From positions 1 through 64,000 of the forward strand of contig JBDHUG010000001.1 of NCBI GenBank assembly GCA_039809045.1: 64,000 nucleotides of DNA. The letters run 5' to 3'. The stretch is from Gemmatales bacterium (lineage in GTDB: Bacteria > Planctomycetota > Planctomycetia > Gemmatales > HRBIN36). This document shows, one piece after another, positions 58,001 through 64,000 of this stretch; the first letter of the stretch is position 1, and every line of letters starts with the position of its first letter. The notes under the pieces are model-generated. The model made no database searches and was not told the origin of the DNA. It worked only from the letters and a program-made list of their open reading frames with translations. Position numbers and translations under genes: made by a program.

Positions 58001-61000
58001 TCAACTGACGATTGTTGATGTTGTCGGCTGCACCTTGGCTGGGGTTTGCATGGGCGCGGGTGTTGGTGTTCGTATCAACAAGCGCAGATTCGCTCGCAGT
58101 TTCTCCATCAACACATAAAAGACCGGCACAAGAATCAAGGTCACCAAGGTGGACAGGACAATGCCACCGATGATGCCGCGTGCCATGGGGGCGCGTGTTT
58201 CCGCGCCAGGTCCCCAACCGATGGCAGCCGGGATGGCTCCTGCGACGGTAGCGATGGAAGTCATCAAAATGGGCCGCAATCGCACTGGGCAAGCCGCGAG
58301 CACAGCTTGTTCCGGCGTCAAAGCTGATGTGGTAGCGTCTGTTCGCACGCGTTCATCGCTGCCGTTGTCTGACGGCACAGGAGTCGATGCATGGTGTTGC
58401 GCGGGGTCTGAAGGCAACCCTTCTTCGCGCAGCTGATTGGTGTAGTCCACCAGAATGATCGAGTTCTTTTTGACGAGCCCCATCAGCAGAATCAACCCGA
58501 TCATGCTCATCATGTTGAGGGTGTCATGGGTGAACCACAAGGTCACCAAGGCACCGGTCACCGCAAACGGCATGGCCAGCAGCACGGTCAGCGGATGAAT
58601 GAAGGAATTAAACTGCACACCCAAAATCATATAGGCGATCACAATGCCCAGGATAAGCGCGAATACCAGGCTGTTGATCGTTTCTTCCATTGCTTTGGCA
58701 TTGCCCAACTCCACAACGCGAAAGTCGTCCTTGCTTAAAACGCCTTGAACCAACTGACGACAGAAAGCAATGGCTTCACCCTGGGACACACCGGTCGCGG
58801 GATTAGCCGTGATTTCTATTTTTCGTTCATGGTTGAAACGATGGATGACAGGTAGCGTGGCGACGGTTTTGCGCGAGACAAAATCGGTCAGCGGCACCAG
58901 ACGTTGATCTCCAGCGCGAAGCGTTAATGCATCCAATTGGTCGGGGCTGCCGCGCTGGTGCAACTGCAAACGAACACGGACGTCGTAGCGCCGACCGCGA
59001 TCGGTAAATTTGGCCACACGCTGCCCCCCGACGAGCAGGCTGAGACTGTCGGCCAAGCGGCTGACCGGAATGCCGAGCAGCGCCATTTTCTCTCGATCCG
59101 GGTAAATCTGCACTTCCGACATGCCTGGTCGATAATCCGTGTCCACATCCTGCAGTTTACCGCTGGCTTGCATAGCCAGCTTGAGCTTCGTAGCCGCTTC
59201 AGGCAGCTTTTCCCATGGCCCAAGCAGCGCAAAATCGACGGGGTCGCCTCGTTGAGCTGTGAAGCCTTCCGTGGACAAATCACGGATCACCACGCGAATT
59301 CCGATGATGTTGCCCAGATCGGCACGCACTTCCTCCATGATGCTTTTCTGAGATTGTCGCCTCGCGGTCATCGGCACCAATTGCACAAAGATATCCGCTT
59401 CATTCATGAGTTGTCCGGTTTCGGTGGCCACCGTGGTCAGAAAACTCTGTACATCAAAGCGCTCGGAAAGCCTCGTTTCGCATTCTTGCAGTAAATCATC
59501 GACTTGCTTGAGGCTGGAACCAACTTCGCAAATGACATGGACAACGAAACGACTTTGATCTTCGCTTGGCACGAGTTCCCTGCCCAAGAGGTTGAAGTAG
59601 AGCATGCTTGCTGCAACCAGGATGAGGAGCAAGCTGGCGAGCAAAACGACGGGCCAAGCACGCAAGGATAGACGAAGCAACCAGGCATAAGCCACCGTCA
59701 GCCCATGCAGCAACCAATCGATGGGTCGTAGTAAAATCAATTCAATCACCCAACGATGGATCAAGCCATAAACGACGGTGGCATAGCGCACGATCAAAAT
59801 GGACAAGAACATTTCCAAGAAGGTTTCGATGGTCATCCAAAGCCACCACCAGCCACCAAGGGCCTCCAAGGGGGCCGGGGCTTGTATAGCTCCTACCCCA
59901 TGCAGGAGGAAGTGAATGCCTTTGGCGAGAGACCAAACCCATGGAGCTAACATGGGCCATTGCGGGGAGAGCAGCCTGAGCGCAACACCGAGAATCCCAA
60001 CCAAGATCGCCACAAACAAGGCCAAAGGCCAGCCGAAGGGCAGGGATTTAGCGTTCACGCGGCTGCGCACATTGAGGAAAAAGGCACATAGCATAGGTGT
60101 CAGGGTCAGTGCGGATAGCAGCGATAAGAACACAGCAACGCTAACCGTCATGCCAAACTGGAAGAAGAATTTGCCGATGATTCCGCGCATGAAGGCCACG
60201 GGGAGAAAAATGGCCATGATGGAGAGCGTTGCAGCAATGGCGGCGAAGGCGATTTCCCGCGACCCGAGCAGTGCGGCTTCCTTGCGTGCCTTGCCATGCT
60301 CGCGATGGCGATAGATGTTTTCCAGGACCAAAATAGCATCATCCACCACCACGCCCACCGACAGCGATAAGCCGAGCAAGGTCATCAGATTGATGGTAAA
60401 TGGTTCCAGCCCAACGAGTTTAACGCCGTAGTTGATGACAAAAAACGTTCCAAGCAGCGATGTGGGAATGGAAAGGCAAATGTTGATGGTGGTGCCAAGC
60501 GAACCCAAAAAGAGAAAGCACACGACGGCCGTCAGCAAAATGCCCAGAAAAAGAGTCAGCTTGAGTTCTTCAACATTCTCGCGAACGAACAAGGAGTAAT
60601 CGACGGGGATGTGCAGACTGACGTGCGCGGGGAGCATGCGCTTAAGTTCGGGCAGTGTGGATTTAACGTTTTCACAAACGCGGACCAGGTTGCCGCCAAT
60701 GGCTTTGCGTACTCCCACCGCCACGGCTGGCATGCGATTGAACCGGGCCAGGCTTCGGCGATCTTCGAGTCCATTTTCAACGACGGCCACATCCTTGAGC
60801 AGTATGTGTTGACCTTGACGATCGGCCAGCAGCAACTCATCAAACTCGCTGAGGGAATACGCTTCACCCATCGTGCGCAAGTTAAATTCAATGAACTGAC
60901 TTTGCAGGTAACCCGCGGGCAGTTCGGCATGTTGTCTCTGCAAGGCGAGCAGTACATCCTCAGCGGCCAGATTATAAGCTTGCAGCTTTTCGGCATCGAC

Positions 61001-61558
61001 CCAAATGCGGATATTTCGGGATTGCAATCCGCCAAACTGAACGCCGCCCACGTCGGGGATGGAGGAGAGCCGTTGCTTGAACTGCTTTTCAGCGAAGTCG
61101 CTGATTTGCACGAGCGGCACGGGGCCAGACAGCGTCAGCCACATGACGGGTAAATTGTTCGGATTCACTTTGGCGATGACCGGCGGGTCGATATCCAAGG
61201 GCAGCTTGCGCCGGGCACCGCTGATGGCGTTCTGGACGTCCTGCATGGCCACGTCGATTTTGCGATCCAAGCGAAAATAAATGGTGACGATGCTCACGCC
61301 TTCCAGGCTTTGTGACATCATGTAGTCAATGCCTTCAACGCTGGCCACGGCATCCTCGACGACATCCGTCACATCACCATCCATGATGCTGGGGCTGGCG
61401 GCTTCGCGGGTGATCACCACGCTAACCACCGGGAAATCGATTTCAGGAAACTGGCTGACGCCCATGTCCTGATAACCTAAATAGCCGAAGATGATCATCG
61501 CGGATGAGACAACAACCGCGAACACGGGATTTTTGATGGAAAGATCAGACAGCGTCAT
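58001..61558 (-). CDS. RND-superfamily efflux permease (HME/HAE-like), with atypical internal insertions
   Basis: Typical RND N-terminus (NPVFAVVVSSAMIIFGYLGY, FPEIDFPVV), a TM4 GVVVDDAILVLENI motif and duplicated halves. There is an extra hydrophobic segment of about 130 aa between the TM6 region and TM7, and an extra Ser/Pro-rich loop of about 30 aa in the C-terminal half. Its start overlaps the CDF stop (ATGA). Confidence 0.8.
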   Translation of the reverse strand: MTLSDLSIKNPVFAVVVSSAMIIFGYLGYQDMGVSQFPEIDFPVVSVVITREAASPSIMDGDVTDVVEDAVASVEGIDYMMSQSLEGVSIVTIYFRLDRKIDVAMQDVQNAISGARRKLPLDIDPPVIAKVNPNNLPVMWLTLSGPVPLVQISDFAEKQFKQRLSSIPDVGGVQFGGLQSRNIRIWVDAEKLQAYNLAAEDVLLALQRQHAELPAGYLQSQFIEFNLRTMGEAYSLSEFDELLLADRQGQHILLKDVAVVENGLEDRRSLARFNRMPAVAVGVRKAIGGNLVRVCENVKSTLPELKRMLPAHVSLHIPVDYSLFVRENVEELKLTLFLGILLTAVVCFLFLGSLGTTINICLSIPTSLLGTFFVINYGVKLVGLEPFTINLMTLLGLSLSVGVVVDDAILVLENIYRHREHGKARKEAALLGSREIAFAAIAATLSIMAIFLPVAFMRGIIGKFFFQFGMTVSVAVFLSLLSALTLTPMLCAFFLNVRSRVNAKSLPFGWPLALFVAILVGILGVALRLLSPQWPMLAPWVWSLAKGIHFLLHGVGAIQAPAPLEALGGWWWLWMTIETFLEMFLSILIVRYATVVYGLIHRWVIELILLRPIDWLLHGLTVAYAWLLRLSLRAWPVVLLASLLLILVAASMLYFNLLGRELVPSEDQSRFVVHVICEVGSSLKQVDDLLQECETRLSERFDVQSFLTTVATETGQLMNEADIFVQLVPMTARRQSQKSIMEEVRADLGNIIGIRVVIRDLSTEGFTAQRGDPVDFALLGPWEKLPEAATKLKLAMQASGKLQDVDTDYRPGMSEVQIYPDREKMALLGIPVSRLADSLSLLVGGQRVAKFTDRGRRYDVRVRLQLHQRGSPDQLDALTLRAGDQRLVPLTDFVSRKTVATLPVIHRFNHERKIEITANPATGVSQGEAIAFCRQLVQGVLSKDDFRVVELGNAKAMEETINSLVFALILGIVIAYMILGVQFNSFIHPLTVLLAMPFAVTGALVTLWFTHDTLNMMSMIGLILLMGLVKKNSIILVDYTNQLREEGLPSDPAQHHASTPVPSDNGSDERVRTDATTSALTPEQAVLAACPVRLRPILMTSIATVAGAIPAAIGWGPGAETRAPMARGIIGGIVLSTLVTLILVPVFYVLMEKLRANLRLLIRTPTPAPMQTPAKVQPTTSTIVS

Positions 61559-62535
61559 GATTGAACCTGTGGCATCGACGATTCCTGTGATATGGGGATA
61601 GTGGCCGAAGCTTGCGGGGGGAGTGCTTGTGCCGCCTGTGATTCAAACGTATGGGTTTCCCAGGAGGATTGCTCCTCAATGGGCTCTAAATGGATCGTGA
61701 CCAGGATGGGTTGCCATTGTTGGTTGATGGCTGCTTCAAGCGCATCGGCCAACGCATGGGCTTCACGCACGGTCATTCCACCAGGAACGAGGAGGTGGAA
61801 ATCGGCGTGTCGTTGAGTCCCTGCGCGGCGAGTTCGCAGCGCGTGATAGGTCATGCCGGGTTTGAGCTGGCTTTCAATGAGCTGACGCATTGCAGCCAAA
61901 TCCGCTTCGGGCAGGGCGGTATCCATCAGGCCATCGAATGAACGCCTGACAATGCGCGTTCCCGTCCACAAGATCTGGCTGGCCACGGCCAACCCGAGGA
62001 CGGAATCAAGCCAGACCCATTGGGTAAACATCATGACCACCAACCCCAAGGTGACACCCAAGGTGGTCCAAACATCCGTCAGCAGATGGTGGCCGTCAGC
62101 TTCCAAAATGATAGCCTGCTCCTCGCGGCCCACACGAATCAGTTGCCAGCCGACCAGGCCATTGATGCCAGCAGCCACGAGGCTGATCGTCAGTCCGAGC
62201 CCTAATTGCTCAATCGCTGCCGGGTGAAGCAGCCGTTCGAAGGCATGCCAAGCAATGGTGATGGCCGCCAAGACGATCAGGCCGCCTTCCAACCCGCTGG
62301 AAAAATACTCGATCTTTTCATGGCCGTAAGGATGGCGTTGGTCGGCAGGCTGAGCAGCATACCACAAGGCGAGCATGGCCACCAAAGCAGCGATCAAGTT
62401 GGCGATCGACTCGACCGCGTCGGAAAGCAGGCCGACGGAGCCTGTGATCCAGAATGAAATGAATTTCAATGCCATGGTCAATATGGCCGCAGCAATCGAC
62501 AGGAGGATAAGGCGGCGGTGGCGCTGAAATTTCAT
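61555..62535 (-). CDS. Cation diffusion facilitator (CDF) family divalent-metal efflux transporter
   Basis: Six TM helices with CDF signature motifs (LLSDAVESIANL in TM2, HHLLTDVWTTL in TM5, HPYGHEKIEY) and a C-terminal cytoplasmic domain. Overlapping start and stop codons (ATGA) on both sides couple it to both RND genes. Confidence 0.8.
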   Translation of the reverse strand: MKFQRHRRLILLSIAAAILTMALKFISFWITGSVGLLSDAVESIANLIAALVAMLALWYAAQPADQRHPYGHEKIEYFSSGLEGGLIVLAAITIAWHAFERLLHPAAIEQLGLGLTISLVAAGINGLVGWQLIRVGREEQAIILEADGHHLLTDVWTTLGVTLGLVVMMFTQWVWLDSVLGLAVASQILWTGTRIVRRSFDGLMDTALPEADLAAMRQLIESQLKPGMTYHALRTRRAGTQRHADFHLLVPGGMTVREAHALADALEAAINQQWQPILVTIHLEPIEEQSSWETHTFESQAAQALPPQASATIPISQESSMPQVQS

Positions 62536-64000
62536 GACCCCTCCATCGACGCTAGGGGGCGGACAGGTGCGGGCATGGGTCGGTTGGCTTCGAGGGGTTT
62601 GACTTCGCGCAAGGCCTGTTGTGCGGTTTCTTCAGCAGGTTCGGAGCGTTCGGTCAAACGCTTGATCCACTGACCAAAGCGATCCAGCAACACATAGAGC
62701 AAGGGAACATAGATCAGTGTGACCATCGTCGATAGGATGATACCGCCGATGATGGCACGGGCCATGGGCGCACGTGTTTCCGCACCAGGACCTGTACCAA
62801 TGGCCATGGGAATGGCCCCTGCCACGGTGGCCAAGGTGGTCATCAGGATGGGCCGCAGCCTGATCGGGCATGCCTTGAGCGCTGCTTCCTCTGCTGAAAG
62901 CGGAGTGGCTGCGTTCTGTTCATTCCGCAACTGCAGTGTGTAATCCACGAGCACGATGGAATTCTTCTTCACCAAGCCAGCCAACAGCACCACGCCAATC
63001 ATACTCATGAGATTGAGGGTGTCGTTAAACAGCCACAGCGTAAACACAGCGCCTGTGACACCGAAAGGGACAGCCATGAGCACCGTGAAGGGATGAACGA
63101 AGGAATTGAACTGCACCCCCAGGATCATCGCTGCGATGATGAAGCCCAGGGCCAAGGCATACCACATGCTATCGATGGTGGTTTGCATCGCACGGGCATT
63201 GCCCATTTGCACAATGCGATAGCTGCTGGGCAAGCCCATCTCCTCGCGTACCTGGTGGGCCAATTCCTGGCAGCGGCTGATCGCTTCACCTTGCGACACC
63301 CCCGGGGCCATGTTTGCCGTCAGTTCCACTTTGCGAAGCCGATTGAGTCGATTGATGACGGGTAGCGTGATGATGGTTTCCACTTTGGTGAGATCACGCA
63401 GTGGAATCAGCTTGCCTGAAGCGTTCTTCACATGGATGTCTTTGAGTTGGTCAGGGGATTGCCTTTGTTCTTCCAAGTACCTCACGCGCACGTCGTAACG
63501 GCGATCTTGATCCGTGAAGCGCCCGACGCGTATTCCCCCCATGGCAATGTTGAGCACAAACCCCAAGCGTTGGATGGGCACGTCGAGCAGAGCTGCCTTT
63601 TGCCGGTCTGGGATGATATGAACTTCCCCCATGCCTGGGCGGTAGTCCGAGTTGACATCGGTGACAATGTCACTGGAACGCATCCGTTCGCGGATTTTCT
63701 CCGAGAGTGCAATGACTTGTTTCCAATCAGGCCCTTGCACCGCAAAATTGACCGGAAAACCACGCGTTGGCGTGAATCCTTGGGTGGATAAATCCAAAAC
63801 AATGGCGCGGACATCGGGGATGGTGCTGAAGCGTTTGCGAATTTCCGTCATGATATCCGATTGGGTCCAACTTCGTTCATCGGCCGGTATGAGCCGAACA
63901 AAAATGATGCCTTCACTGATCAATTGTCCCGGGCGAATGGAGGTGGCTGTGAAAAACGTTGCTATCACTTCTTTTTTGGTGACGGGGTCGGTCAAACCGA
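62532..64000 (-). CDS. Second RND efflux permease (C-terminal half only; the gene continues beyond the window edge)
   Basis: It is paralogous to the C-terminal half of the 58001-61558 product (shared SDYRPGMGEV...FTDQDRRYDVRVR...TANMAPGVSQGEAI... blocks). The ORF is open to the end of the window. Confidence 0.75.
   Translation of the reverse strand, partial: GLTDPVTKKEVIATFFTATSIRPGQLISEGIIFVRLIPADERSWTQSDIMTEIRKRFSTIPDVRAIVLDLSTQGFTPTRGFPVNFAVQGPDWKQVIALSEKIRERMRSSDIVTDVNSDYRPGMGEVHIIPDRQKAALLDVPIQRLGFVLNIAMGGIRVGRFTDQDRRYDVRVRYLEEQRQSPDQLKDIHVKNASGKLIPLRDLTKVETIITLPVINRLNRLRKVELTANMAPGVSQGEAISRCQELAHQVREEMGLPSSYRIVQMGNARAMQTTIDSMWYALALGFIIAAMILGVQFNSFVHPFTVLMAVPFGVTGAVFTLWLFNDTLNLMSMIGVVLLAGLVKKNSIVLVDYTLQLRNEQNAATPLSAEEAALKACPIRLRPILMTTLATVAGAIPMAIGTGPGAETRAPMARAIIGGIILSTMVTLIYVPLLYVLLDRFGQWIKRLTERSEPAEETAQQALREVKPLEANRPMPAPVRPLASMEGS

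Noticed and set aside
1-64000. Search for tRNA/rRNA genes, CRISPR repeats, integrase or transposase genes, and inverted-repeat-bounded mobile elements
   Set aside because: None was recognisable. Intergenic spaces are short and lack cloverleaf-like or tandem-repeat structure. The window looks like core chromosome, not a mobile island.

Overview
This is a moderately GC-rich bacterial chromosomal window. Almost all coding genes are densely packed, and several adjacent genes overlap by 4 to 8 bp. I could not find any rRNA, tRNA, CRISPR array, integrase or transposase.

Several features together suggest a Planctomycetota-like (PVC superphylum) genome. This is inference only, not a database result:
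- many very large secreted or membrane proteins (976 to 1774 aa)
- a MoxR/DUF58/BatA-type cluster with three giant membrane-anchored proteins
- several eukaryotic-like Ser/Thr kinases
- tandem secreted 'prenyltransferase/squalene-oxidase repeat' proteins
- a giant PQQ-type beta-propeller protein
- C-terminal tail extensions on NuoA, NuoB, NuoI, Der and a ferredoxin

Content from left to right:
- a complex I sub-cluster, CDGSH-nuoI-nuoA-nuoB-nuoC-[inserted C39-like cysteine peptidase]-nuoD, ending in a rho-independent terminator
- an OB/HD (YhaM-like) nuclease, RNase R, an FAD dehydrogenase and a DCC-family thiol oxidoreductase
- an AT-rich divergent promoter region
- an SPFH protein with a clear terminator, an Arc-like RHH regulator, Der GTPase, a type IIA topoisomerase A subunit and RarD
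- a lipoprotein, DUF2752 and DUF374 proteins, a ferredoxin and a di-haem cytochrome c peroxidase
- a small gene plus a retropepsin-like gene whose catalytic Asp is replaced by Asn
- a giant tandem-kinase/TPR membrane protein
- a secreted bilobal aspartic protease and a secreted ankyrin protein
- a roughly 12 kb MoxR-DUF58-Zn-ribbon-BatA-like operon
- two tandem-duplicated alpha/alpha-toroid secreted proteins, a 1663-aa secreted beta-propeller protein, a tail-anchored Ser/Thr kinase and two tandem secreted serpins
- a translationally coupled RND-CDF-RND metal-efflux cluster, in which one RND pump carries an unusual inserted hydrophobic segment

All functional calls come from recognisable motifs in the supplied translations. 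I ran no searches.
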